Positions 1-8,597 of a DNA stretch of 39,943 nucleotides are shown piece by piece; within the stretch, counting starts at the first letter, position 1, and each line of letters opens with the position of its first letter. A program made the position numbers and the translations under genes. The stretch is from a virus (taxonomy: Duplodnaviria > Caudoviricetes): the IMG/VR virus record IMGVR_UViG_3300048016_000221, positions 1 through 39,943 of that record. One strand, given 5' to 3'. Under the pieces are notes generated by a model. The model did not search any database, was not told where the DNA came from, and saw nothing but the letters and a program-made list of their open reading frames with translations.

Positions 1-2
1 CC

Positions 3-284
3 TTCTGGCTGCTGGTCGGCATCAGTGCCTTCCTGCTCACCGCCTTCCTCGGACGCAGCACCTACCGGTCGCTGCGTTACACCGGCCACCAGCGACGCAA
101 CCTGCAAGCCCAGCGCGTCATGCTGCGTTTTTGCAAGAACCCCACACGAGCCAACTGGGCAGCGGCATGGGACTTCATCAGTGACCACGAGGTGTTGCTC
201 GCCGAACTCGACTGGCCGCTGGTGCAGCGGTTCACCCGCACGGCGGTCCAGGTCAACTTTTCACCGGAGGCGGGGCAGTCATGA
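3..284 (+). CDS. 5'-truncated hypothetical membrane protein
   Basis: Open frame from position 3 (FWLLVGISAFLLTAFLGRSTYR...EAGQS*) with a hydrophobic stretch; the TGA overlaps the ATG at 281 (ATGA). Not in the supplied track. Confidence 0.7.
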   Translation, partial: FWLLVGISAFLLTAFLGRSTYRSLRYTGHQRRNLQAQRVMLRFCKNPTRANWAAAWDFISDHEVLLAELDWPLVQRFTRTAVQVNFSPEAGQS

Positions 285-559
285 GCGACCAGACGAGAAG
301 CCTTACAAGTGCCTCGGCAATTTCAGCGCCGTTGGCGGATGATGAGCGTCGCTCCCAATACCTACCCCACTGGTCAACAACGGAGATGAACGCTATCGAC
401 AAGCTGGCGGCGCTCAAGGGCATGTTGCCGGTTCAAGTGGTGAGGCAGGCTTTACGGCAATATCACGCCGTCGCCCTCGGTGCCTGCCATCTCGCGTGGC
501 CTCCAATGGGTGAGGCGAACGACTTGGATCAGGCGGCGGCGAGCGAGAAGCGCCGATGA
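281..559 (+). CDS. Small protein, possible ribbon-helix-helix DNA-binding protein
   Basis: ATGA-coupled start; segment YLPHWSTTEMNAIDKLAALKGMLPVQVVRQALRQY has an RHH-like strand-helix-G-helix pattern; the C-terminus runs into an attC-like site. Confidence 0.5.
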   Translation: MSDQTRSLTSASAISAPLADDERRSQYLPHWSTTEMNAIDKLAALKGMLPVQVVRQALRQYHAVALGACHLAWPPMGEANDLDQAAASEKRR

Positions 560-606
560 CACGACAACCTAACTTCGAGCCGTCGCCTCCGGCGCAGGGT
601 TCAGCC
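514..606 (+). repeat. attC-like imperfect palindrome 1 (93 bp)
   Basis: GGCGAAC (514-520) ... GTTCAGC (599-605); inner arms AGGCGGCGGC (531-540) and GCCGTCGCCT (579-588); homologous to 810-902. Confidence 0.65.
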
Positions 607-619
607 AACATCCACGACC

Positions 620-814
620 ATGAAAATCATCCGAAGCGGAAAGACCAAGAAACCGAAATCAACTACTGCCGAGTGTAGAAACTGCGATTGCAAATTCTCA
701 TTCGAGAAATCCGAGGCGCGATATGTCCACGATCCACGCGGAGATAACGCCTACGTGGTGAAGTGTCCTGAATGCTCTCACGAGAACTGGATCGACCCTT
801 CGCTCGTTGGCTGA
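620..814 (+). CDS. Small zinc-ribbon protein (cassette-like)
   Basis: 64 aa with CxxCxC and CxxC; bounded by GTTCAGCCAAC (599-609) and its exact reverse complement GTTGGCTGAAC (806-816). Confidence 0.75.
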   Translation: MKIIRSGKTKKPKSTTAECRNCDCKFSFEKSEARYVHDPRGDNAYVVKCPECSHENWIDPSLVG

Positions 815-902
815 ACGTCGCTGGTGAGGCGACGGCGAGCGCAAAACTTTGATATGAAAACAGACTCCATACGAGCCGTTGCCTGCATCCGATTTGTTCG
901 GC
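810..902 (+). repeat. attC-like imperfect palindrome 2 (93 bp)
   Basis: GCTGAAC (810-816) ... GTTCGGC (896-902); inner arms AGGCGACGGC and GCCGTTGCCT; same length and arms as 514-606. Confidence 0.65.
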
Positions 903-1099
903 GGCTTTTTTGCAAACACGCGCTGGCATGGGTGCGGAATATCTACGGCGATGAGATCAACGCCACCAACGCTCGGACGCTCTGGATATGCGAGAAATGC
1001 GAGAAGCTGATCTATGACCGAGACTACATCACGAGGGAGATGGCCTGTGTGGTTTATAGTCCGCCGAACAAGGCATTATCTGAACCGCATGTGGATTAG
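854..1099 (+). CDS. Small Cys/His zinc-binding hypothetical protein (cassette-like)
   Basis: ATG at 854 lies inside attC-like site 2 (MKTDSIRAVACIRFVRRLFCKH...WICEKCEK); ends just after CCGCCGAACA (1061-1070). Confidence 0.6.
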   Translation: MKTDSIRAVACIRFVRRLFCKHALAWVRNIYGDEINATNARTLWICEKCEKLIYDRDYITREMACVVYSPPNKALSEPHVD

Positions 1100-1455
1100 A
1101 CGCAAGACTTCCGCTTCCGACCCGGCATGAACCCCGGCACCGCTTTAATTCTGCCTGTGGCCACCAGCCGCTTATAGCGCAGCTTCACGGTCTCCACTCG
1201 CACCCCCAGCATCGCGGCCATCAGCTTCGGCCCGAGGGTCCAGTCGAGTTGAACCCAGACATCCTTCGCCACGAACTTACGCTTGCAGCCGAGGCTCTTC
1301 CGCTTCCACGCGGCACGGGCCTCGATGTGCTTGTCACAGTAACCACGTTTGGGCGAGCGCGGGGAGGGCTTGCCGCCACACGCCGGACACTTTCGCAGAC
1401 CCGTCATGACAATCTGATATTTGTATTGAGGCGACAAATCGTTGAATTTCTTCAT
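1096..1455 (-). CDS. Zinc-finger plus helix-turn-helix DNA-binding protein
   Basis: CPAC...CDKH followed by DWTLGPKLMAAMLGVRVETVKLRYKRL (HTH-like); very basic; divergent from the portal gene. Confidence 0.6.
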   Translation of the reverse strand: MKKFNDLSPQYKYQIVMTGLRKCPACGGKPSPRSPKRGYCDKHIEARAAWKRKSLGCKRKFVAKDVWVQLDWTLGPKLMAAMLGVRVETVKLRYKRLVATGRIKAVPGFMPGRKRKSCV

Positions 1456-1538
1456 TGCAATGCTATGTGCCGTATGCCAGCATGGTCGTCAATCCACGGT
1501 TGCGGGGTCAAGCGATTTCGGCTCTACTGTGCGGCATT

Positions 1539-3860
1539 ATGTCCATTGCCACTTCATTCCTCGCCAAACTCTCCACCGAGAAGCCCTCTCCGCCGGTGCC
1601 GGACGTGACCGCAGCCACGCGCATCAAGCGCGCCTGCGATGTGGTCAGCCAGTGGCAGACCCTGTTCAACGAAGACTACATTGCCAGTCGCGACCGCGCC
1701 GTGGTGCAGTCGATGGCCGACCGCAATGCTCCGTACAGCGACTCGACGCTGCGCAGCCTTGGCATCACCGGCATCACCAATGTCAACTGGGGCGACCTCG
1801 GCATCGCCCAGCAGGAGGCTGAGAAGCCTTACAACTCAATCCTCAACTCGATGTCGAACTTCGGCATTGTCCCCTTCAAGGCCAGTGTGAAGCAGTCCGG
1901 CAGCTTCACTGACGCCGAGATCGGCGAGAAGGAAACCACCGTCGCCGAGGAACTGCATTGGATGATCACCCGCTGGCGCGACTTCCGTTTCCGCTGGAAG
2001 ATGCTGTCGCATTTCTACATCATGTGGGGAGTTGGCTTCACCTACCGCGACGATGACCTCGACTGGCGCTGGAGAGTATCCTCCCTGCAAGACGTGAAGA
2101 TTCCTCGCGGCACGCAGGCCAGTGTCAACGAAGTGGACCGCATTTTCCTCAAGGCGGACATGACGCCGTCCGACCTGTTCAGAAAGATTCAAGACCCCGA
2201 GATGGGCAGGCTGGCCGGATGGAACGCAGACGCCATCAACAAGTCCTGCGTCAACGCCCAGCCCAAGCCACTCAACACCCAGTCGCCGGAGGAAATGCAA
2301 GCGATGTGGAAGGACAACTCGGTGTTCAGCGGCAACACCAACATCGTGATTCAGGTGGTGCATGGCTTCGTCAAAGAAGTGGATGGCACCGTTAGCCACT
2401 ATATCGCCGACTACTCACTCAACTCGGAGGATGCCGGGTTCCTCTACGAGAAAAAGGGCAAATACGCCAGCATGTCGGAGTTCATCAACGCCTACCTCTT
2501 CGGTGTTGGCACCAACGGAGACTTTCACTCGATTCGCGGCAACGCCTTCAATCTGTTCCCCTCGGCATCCGCGCTGAACAAACTGCGCTGCAAGTTGGTG
2601 GACAAGGCCAACGATGAGGCCAACACCTTCCTCTCCACCGACAACGAAGATGCCACCATCGACAACATGATGGTTCCGCGTGGCCCCTACTTCCAGCTCT
2701 CCACCGGTGTCAGCTTTGTCGAACGCTCAACGCCTGCGGTTGCAGGCAACTTGGTTCCCGCCATTGAGGCGATGGCCGAGGTGTTTGGCAAGCAGTCCTC
2801 TGGCATGGCTCCGCGCACCACGTCGCAGGGCGAGCGAGGGCAGAAGACGAAGTACGAGCTTCAGCGCAAGGACGAGATGGACTCGACCCTCACCAGCGAC
2901 TCCATGGACATGTTCATCGAGGCATGGCATTGGGACTACCGCGAGATCGTGAAGCGCGTCATCAATCCTGATCTTCAGCCCGAGCACCCAGGTGGTGCCG
3001 AGGCATACGATTTCCGCCGCCGCTGCGAAGAACGAGGCATCCCCTATGAACTGCTCCAGCAGCTCGACTTCGACAGCATCCAGATCAACACCGGCATTGG
3101 ACGTGGTTCCTCCGCCGAGCGCCGGTCAGTGCTGGCTAATCTCAACGACCGCTACTATGGCCGTCTCGATCCTGAAGGTCAGAACATTCTCACCCGCGAC
3201 TCCATTGCCTCAGAGACCGATTACCGCTATGCCCTGACGTTGGTGCCTCGGCAAGCAGGTCAGCGTCCGCCGGTGGACAAGCAGATCGCTAATACCGAGA
3301 ACCAGGTGCTCAAGATGGGCGGGGACGCGGTGGTGGTGCAGAACCAGAACCACATCGTTCACGTCGGCACCCACCTCGAACTGCTGCAAGCCTTCAATGA
3401 TGCGCTATCCATGGTGCAGATTGAACTGAAAGACGCCATCCCAGTGATGCAGAAAGCCTCGGAGCACGCCGGAGAACACATGCAGTTCATCGACCCTGAG
3501 AGCGAACCCTATCGTCAGTTCAAGCAAGGGCTGCAACAGCTCAACGAGGTCATCACCAACGGCGCGAAACACTTGGAGGCCGACCAGCGGAAAGAAGCAC
3601 TCGCCAAGGGCGAAGCCGCGCCCGACACCAGCGACACTCCACCAGGCGTCTATGGTCAGGCGGTGGACGCTCGTGCCCGACTGGCGATGCAGGCACGCGA
3701 GCATCAGACCAGTGAGGAGATCAAGAAGCGCGAGGCTGACCAGAAGCTGCTCATCAACGACGTCTTCGCCCAGCAGAAACTCCAGCACGAAGCTGCCAAG
3801 TTCCAACTTCAAGCTGCCCAGCAACAGCAGAAAGCATCCCAGCCTAAAGCCACGCCATGA
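1539..3860 (+). CDS. Portal protein (head-tail connector)
   Basis: About 773 aa from the more plausible ATG at 1539 (MSIATSFL); first gene of the structural block, upstream of scaffold and capsid; helical, with a Q/A/E-rich coiled-coil C-terminal tail as in podovirus portals. Call rests mainly on size and synteny. Confidence 0.75.
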   Translation: MSIATSFLAKLSTEKPSPPVPDVTAATRIKRACDVVSQWQTLFNEDYIASRDRAVVQSMADRNAPYSDSTLRSLGITGITNVNWGDLGIAQQEAEKPYNSILNSMSNFGIVPFKASVKQSGSFTDAEIGEKETTVAEELHWMITRWRDFRFRWKMLSHFYIMWGVGFTYRDDDLDWRWRVSSLQDVKIPRGTQASVNEVDRIFLKADMTPSDLFRKIQDPEMGRLAGWNADAINKSCVNAQPKPLNTQSPEEMQAMWKDNSVFSGNTNIVIQVVHGFVKEVDGTVSHYIADYSLNSEDAGFLYEKKGKYASMSEFINAYLFGVGTNGDFHSIRGNAFNLFPSASALNKLRCKLVDKANDEANTFLSTDNEDATIDNMMVPRGPYFQLSTGVSFVERSTPAVAGNLVPAIEAMAEVFGKQSSGMAPRTTSQGERGQKTKYELQRKDEMDSTLTSDSMDMFIEAWHWDYREIVKRVINPDLQPEHPGGAEAYDFRRRCEERGIPYELLQQLDFDSIQINTGIGRGSSAERRSVLANLNDRYYGRLDPEGQNILTRDSIASETDYRYALTLVPRQAGQRPPVDKQIANTENQVLKMGGDAVVVQNQNHIVHVGTHLELLQAFNDALSMVQIELKDAIPVMQKASEHAGEHMQFIDPESEPYRQFKQGLQQLNEVITNGAKHLEADQRKEALAKGEAAPDTSDTPPGVYGQAVDARARLAMQAREHQTSEEIKKREADQKLLINDVFAQQKLQHEAAKFQLQAAQQQQKASQPKATP

Positions 3861-4219
3861 ATGAAGCCCTTCTAAGCAGCCCCGAGATCAACGAGTTCTG
3901 GACCTCCGTGCCACTCCAGGTCGCCCTCAAAGAGGAATTGCAACAGCCTGGGATCAAGGCCGCGCTGGCTGCCATCGCCAGCACCGTGTTGCCGCGCAAC
4001 ATCCCACCGTCCATTCCAGGCAACCACCCCGACACCGCCATCGCCCACCAGTTCTACCGCATGTTCGGAGTGCAGCAGGTTCTTTCCACCCTCGAAGCCA
4101 TGGCGCTGCCTAAAGGCAGACATCGGCTCAGCAATGGGGCACAACCTCTCACGGAGTTTGAGGGCAGCTTGCCCGCCGAGTACGCTGATCCGCGTCCGCC
4201 GGACCAGCGGGAGAAGTAG
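3857..4219 (+). CDS. Hypothetical protein between portal and scaffold
   Basis: 120 aa, ATGA-coupled to the portal stop. Confidence 0.7.
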   Translation: MNEALLSSPEINEFWTSVPLQVALKEELQQPGIKAALAAIASTVLPRNIPPSIPGNHPDTAIAHQFYRMFGVQQVLSTLEAMALPKGRHRLSNGAQPLTEFEGSLPAEYADPRPPDQREK

Positions 4220-4232
4220 AGCCTGAAAATTT

Positions 4233-5426
4233 ATGCCAGACCCCCTCGCACCCACTGAAACCCCGCCGTCTGTCGAACTCGACACCGACGGACTCTCCGC
4301 CGCACTCGCGGCCAGCACTCCCCAGATTGGCACTCCTCCAGGAGTTGCCACCCCGGATGTCACACCCGCCGAAGTATCACCTGCCGTTGAGGAGCAGCCG
4401 AAGGCGGTCAAGACCACCAGCGAAAAGAAACGCGGCTTGGACGCTCTTGCCGGGGAGAAGAAGGAAGAGCCGAAGCCTGAAGACAAGAAGCCCGAGGAGA
4501 CCATCGCCGAACCGGAGGTGGATACTTCCAAGTGGGGTCGGTCGCAGCAGGAGGCATTTGCCTCAATGCGTCAGGCCAAGAAACGCATGGAGGAGCAGGC
4601 CAAAACGGCTCAGATGAAGGCCGAGCGGCTGGAGAAAGAACTGCAAGCCGCCAAGGCTAACCCAAAGGATCGCCCGGAGACAGAGGCAGAACTTCAACGG
4701 TTGAGGAACTGGGAGAAAGCCTTGGAGGTGGAGAAGTCCGACGAGTGGAAAACTGCTATCGACGCACCAGTCCGTCGCTCCTTGGCTACCCTCGGCAAGA
4801 TTGCCGAGCGGGCCAAAATTGACCCCGCCAAGTTGGAAGCAGCCACCGACATCGAAGACGAGTTTGACCGGCTCGACGCCATCACGGAACTGTTCGACGC
4901 CGCCGAAGTGCCGGTGTCCGCACACCTCGTCAACACCGCCATTCAGGAAGCCAACAACCTGCATCCCATCTACGCCAAGGCGGCAGAGTTGAAGCGGAAT
5001 GCGCAGGAGACGCTGTCCAGCCTGAACCATCAGACCGAGCAACAGAAAGCCGCTGCCGCCAGAGCCGCCGACGCGGAGTACTCCAAGCACCATGAGCACA
5101 TCTACGGTCAACTGGCCGAGAAGATGCCCTCAATCTTTGGAGATACCGAGTTCGCTGCCGAGGTGAAGGCGGTGCGCCCTGGCACCGATCCCGCCGACCG
5201 AGCCTATGAGGCGCAGGCGGCAGCCATCCTGCCAAAAGTGTGGGAGAGGTGTCTGGCCGCTGAAGCGAAAGCTGACCGCGAGATGAAAGCGAAGCTGGCT
5301 CTGCTCGGCACTCGCGCCACCGTGACACCAACCGCCACTCCCCTAGCCAAGCCTCTCGGTGCCGACGACACCGAGCTGGATGAAGATTCTCTGGCCGACG
5401 CACTGAGGACGATCAAGAGCAGGTAG
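4233..5426 (+). CDS. Capsid scaffolding protein
   Basis: 397 aa; Pro/Glu/Thr-rich disordered N-terminus, long charged coiled coils, directly upstream of the capsid gene. Confidence 0.7.
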   Translation: MPDPLAPTETPPSVELDTDGLSAALAASTPQIGTPPGVATPDVTPAEVSPAVEEQPKAVKTTSEKKRGLDALAGEKKEEPKPEDKKPEETIAEPEVDTSKWGRSQQEAFASMRQAKKRMEEQAKTAQMKAERLEKELQAAKANPKDRPETEAELQRLRNWEKALEVEKSDEWKTAIDAPVRRSLATLGKIAERAKIDPAKLEAATDIEDEFDRLDAITELFDAAEVPVSAHLVNTAIQEANNLHPIYAKAAELKRNAQETLSSLNHQTEQQKAAAARAADAEYSKHHEHIYGQLAEKMPSIFGDTEFAAEVKAVRPGTDPADRAYEAQAAAILPKVWERCLAAEAKADREMKAKLALLGTRATVTPTATPLAKPLGADDTELDEDSLADALRTIKSR

Positions 5427-5451
5427 CTGCAACCCCCGCCACTCTCTCCCG

Positions 5452-5489
5452 AATCGCTGGTCGCCTCACGAGCACCAGCGATTTTTTTT
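5452..5489 (+). terminator. Rho-independent terminator after scaffold
   Basis: AATCGCTGGT (5452-5461) pairs with ACCAGCGATT (5474-5483) and is followed by a T run to 5489. Confidence 0.75.
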
Positions 5490-5491
5490 GT

Positions 5492-5519
5492 TTGACAGGA
5501 TGTAGCAATTATATACCCT
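5492..5519 (+). promoter_or_regulatory. Sigma70-like promoter for the capsid gene
   Basis: TTGACA (5492-5497) - 16 bp - TACCCT (5514-5519) in an AT-rich patch just after the terminator. Confidence 0.6.
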
Positions 5520-5691
5520 ACCCTTAATCGAAGTGTAAAAGCGTCCGCCCTTCACGGACATCAGGTTAGATTTGGAGCGTAATTCACGCCAGGCCACCTC
5601 CCCTGACAACAAGCAACTCGCCTTGCTTTGCGTCATCGGGGCTTCGCCACGGTCGTTGAGCAGGCATACCACCACTCAACTTCCTACCAAT

Positions 5692-6870
5692 ATGGCTGCT
5701 CCAGCTCTCGACAAATACTTCGCTTCCGACGCCTCTCGCATCGAGGGGAAAATCGACAAAATCATGCGCGTGGAGGGGCGTATCTCCGCCCTCCTCAAGA
5801 AGGATGTCCTGCCCGACGGCATGGGCTTCAACTTCAGCACCGTCATCACCAAGCGTTCCACCGGCACCGGCGGCGGTTGGGTGGCAGTGTCCACTCCCGA
5901 CGGCAGTGGCAACAACTGCGTGCCGACTCCCACCATCGTTGCTCCAGCGCGAACCCAGATCAGCTACTCGGCAGTGCAGACTGTCCAGTTCTCGGAAGAC
6001 ATCTGCTTCCGCGATCTGGCCGCAGCCTACGACGCGAAAGACCAGCTTGCCACCGACCGTGACAACTTCATCGCCAACGTCGTCGATCTCTGGGACATCC
6101 AGGACAAGGCGCAGTTCACCTACTGGGCCGGTCACAAGATCGTCTTCAACTCCTCCCTCACCGAGACGACCAACGGCACCACAATGCCTGCCGTCGCGGC
6201 GACCAGCACGATCAATCAAGGTCTGCTCGACGCGCTCTACAACCGCGCCACTCAAGACGGGGCTGGTCGTGAGTCTGCCTACGCCAAGCGTCAGGGCGCA
6301 CCGATCCTGCCGCTGATCCTCTCCCAGGAAGCGCATCGCACCCTCATCAAGGGCGACGACTCCATCCGCAATGACTTCCGCTGGGCTGACTCCGGCAAGG
6401 GTGACGGCGCTGTCCTGCTGCAAAGCTGGGGCATCGACCGTGAATATGGCGGCTACCACCACATCATCGACCAGCGCATGCCGCGCTGGGATTTGGTGGA
6501 TGGTGCGTGGGTCAGCCGTCCGTTCTACGCCAGCGCCGCCACCACCATCGGCAATGCGGCAGACGTGAGCGCGGCCTACACGGCAGCCACCTATGAGGAC
6601 GCCTACATCTTCAGCCCCGACGTGATGACTCGTCAGGTGCCGAAGCCCGCGACCTCATTCGGCTCGGGTTCCAGCGCCAAAGCCATCAGCTTCAACGGTG
6701 AAGTGGTCTGGCTCAACATCCCCAACAAGGACACCAACCCGTTCAGCGATACCGGCTTCTTCGCCGCCCGCCTCTACGCCGCCTACAAGCCCCGCAAGGT
6801 GCAGTATGGCTACGTCGTGCGCTTCCTGCGCTGCCCGAACGTGTCCGGCACCGTCTGCCCCGCCTACTAA
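5692..6870 (+). CDS. Major capsid protein
   Basis: 392 aa from ATG 5692 (MAAPALDKYF); follows the scaffold; strong C/G-ending codon bias; has its own promoter and terminator. Confidence 0.8.
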   Translation: MAAPALDKYFASDASRIEGKIDKIMRVEGRISALLKKDVLPDGMGFNFSTVITKRSTGTGGGWVAVSTPDGSGNNCVPTPTIVAPARTQISYSAVQTVQFSEDICFRDLAAAYDAKDQLATDRDNFIANVVDLWDIQDKAQFTYWAGHKIVFNSSLTETTNGTTMPAVAATSTINQGLLDALYNRATQDGAGRESAYAKRQGAPILPLILSQEAHRTLIKGDDSIRNDFRWADSGKGDGAVLLQSWGIDREYGGYHHIIDQRMPRWDLVDGAWVSRPFYASAATTIGNAADVSAAYTAATYEDAYIFSPDVMTRQVPKPATSFGSGSSAKAISFNGEVVWLNIPNKDTNPFSDTGFFAARLYAAYKPRKVQYGYVVRFLRCPNVSGTVCPAY

Positions 6871-6896
6871 GCGACAGGCCGACGACGGCAACTCTG

Positions 6897-6937
6897 AGGC
6901 GGGGACTTGTAAATCGCAGGTTCCCGCCTTTCTTTTA
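6897..6937 (+). terminator. Rho-independent terminator after capsid
   Basis: AGGCGGGGACTTGT-loop-GCAGGTTCCCGCCT followed by TTCTTTT. Confidence 0.75.
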
Positions 6938-6957
6938 GCCCTCAACTTTTTTACACC

Positions 6958-7173
6958 ATGATCCTCCCTCTCCCCACCGGCTTCGATGCTTCTCAATATG
7001 CGGAGGGTGAATCCTTCGACGTTAATATCACCGTCCATCTGACTCCCGAAGGGCTGGAAGTGGAAGCCATCGACGGCGTGCCAACTGAAACCACCGAGGC
7101 TCCCGCAGAGGAGGAGGTCGAAATGGACGAAGCCGCTCTCAACGAGGCCATGGGCCGGGGAGGGATGGCATGA
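6958..7173 (+). CDS. Small acidic head-associated protein
   Basis: 71 aa, Glu-rich; C-terminal VEMDEAALNEAM resembles motifs at both ends of the scaffold. Confidence 0.7.
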   Translation: MILPLPTGFDASQYAEGESFDVNITVHLTPEGLEVEAIDGVPTETTEAPAEEEVEMDEAALNEAMGRGGMA

Positions 7174-7301
7174 CCGTCACCAACATCACCGGTACGTCTG
7201 AAGACACCGCCGCACTCGCAGTCATCGGAGCCACGGCCTTCGCTGACACCGAGGTCGGCCTGCTGCAACAACTCCTCGTCGCCGTCGCCAACGCACCATG
7301 A
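7170..7301 (+). CDS. 43-aa peptide, paralogue of the N-terminus of the downstream fibre
   Basis: MTVTNITGTSEDTAALAVIGATAFADTEVGLLQQLLVAVANAP*; ATGA overlaps on both sides; 20/43 ungapped identities with the first 43 aa of 7298..8593. Below the ORF-track cutoff. Confidence 0.8.
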   Translation: MTVTNITGTSEDTAALAVIGATAFADTEVGLLQQLLVAVANAP

Positions 7302-8593
7302 GTGTATCCACCATCTACGGACCAACCGAAGCCGCCGCCGCTCGCGCATTGATTGGCGGCGACGTTATCGCCGACAACCGCAACGAACTGCTCAAGCAGA
7401 TCGTCGTTGCCGTTGCCAACCAGACGGGAGGCGGGGGCGGGGCATCCACCTTCGCCGCTCTCACGGACAAGGCTACCGCCGACATCCCTGCGATCAATGC
7501 TCCGCTGGCGACGGCTCTTGGCCTGCGCCTGCTGGCAAGTTCAAACCTTTCTGACCTCGCCAGCGCCAGCACTGCCAGGACGAACCTCGGCGTGACGGCC
7601 ACTGGAGCAGACACTGCCTACGCTTTCAGAGCCAACAACCTCTCTGACCTCGCCAGCGTCAGCACAGCCAGGTCGAACCTCGGTCTCGGCACACTCGCCA
7701 CTCAAGCCGCCTCCGCAGTCGCAATCACAGGCGGCACGGCGACGGGGTTGACTGGCCTCGGCCTGCGCAACGCTGGCACAGGCGCGTTCGACCTCACGCT
7801 GGCGCACAATGGCACGCTGACGGCGGGGAAGTCACTCACCCTCAACGTCAATGATGCAAGCCGGTCTGTCTCACTCAGCGGCAACCTCAGCTTCGTGAAT
7901 GACTTCACCTGCGCGGGCAACTTTGCCACGACGCTGACGGCCACGGCGACCACCAACGCGACGTTGCCAGCCGGGACGCAGAAGCTGGCGGCGCTCGGGC
8001 TGGCGCAGACGTTCACGGCGGAGCAGACGCTCGCTCCCTCTGGCGGCACGGCGGCGAACGCGCTCACGGCCAATGGCCGATGTGTCATCGCATCTGATGG
8101 CAGCGGATTCGACCTGCGGTTTGGCTCAAGCGGGATGTATTTGAGCAACATTTCAAACAATCGAATTTCCACCTATTCTGCGGCAGGGGTGAATGGTGTC
8201 ATCATTTGGTCTGGTGGCGATGTCACACTGGTTCAGAACGCTGCCGCGCTTTCGTTCCGCAATGGCGGCACTCAATTATATTCCGATGCCAACAACAGCA
8301 TCTCTCAGCGCAACTCCACCAACGCGCAGACGCAACTGACCTATGGCACCTACACCGACGCGAGCAATTATGTGCGCGCATCGTTGGCTGCCACCAGCAC
8401 GGCAGTCACGTTGGCGGCAGAGACGCTTGGCACTGGTGCCGACAACATCCCCGTGAACATCACTACGGCAGGGACAGGACTAACGGACTTCACGAATCAG
8501 GCCGCAAGTGTTGACGCGGCGGTTGTGTCAACACACTCAGCCCGAATGAAATTCGGGGGAGTTGAATACAAGATCATGCTGGCCACCCCATAA
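7298..8593 (+). CDS. Fibre protein (head fibre or tail fibre)
   Basis: Ala/Thr/Gly-rich; poly-Gly hinge after residue 43; two NLSDLAS.STAR.NLG phage fibre repeats; beta-rich C-terminal part. Confidence 0.75.
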   Translation: MSVSTIYGPTEAAAARALIGGDVIADNRNELLKQIVVAVANQTGGGGGASTFAALTDKATADIPAINAPLATALGLRLLASSNLSDLASASTARTNLGVTATGADTAYAFRANNLSDLASVSTARSNLGLGTLATQAASAVAITGGTATGLTGLGLRNAGTGAFDLTLAHNGTLTAGKSLTLNVNDASRSVSLSGNLSFVNDFTCAGNFATTLTATATTNATLPAGTQKLAALGLAQTFTAEQTLAPSGGTAANALTANGRCVIASDGSGFDLRFGSSGMYLSNISNNRISTYSAAGVNGVIIWSGGDVTLVQNAAALSFRNGGTQLYSDANNSISQRNSTNAQTQLTYGTYTDASNYVRASLAATSTAVTLAAETLGTGADNIPVNITTAGTGLTDFTNQAASVDAAVVSTHSARMKFGGVEYKIMLATP

Positions 8594-8597
8594 GACT

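Noticed and set aside
300-340. Third full attC-like site ending in GTTGGCG (331-337)
   Set aside because: Only the right end is suggestive; complementarity with GGCGAAC (514) is poor and no matching left arm was found.
1455-1538. Upstream starts given in the ORF track for portal (1455), capsid (5572), 8562, 9216, 12423, 13892, 16673 and 35728
   Set aside because: They are non-ATG starts that overlap neighbouring genes or regulatory DNA; downstream ATGs (1539, 5692, 8598, 9234, 12480, 13916, 16709, 35635) fit operon spacing better.
6860-6960. Programmed frameshift or read-through extension of the capsid
   Set aside because: No slippery sequence at the stop, and a terminator hairpin follows.
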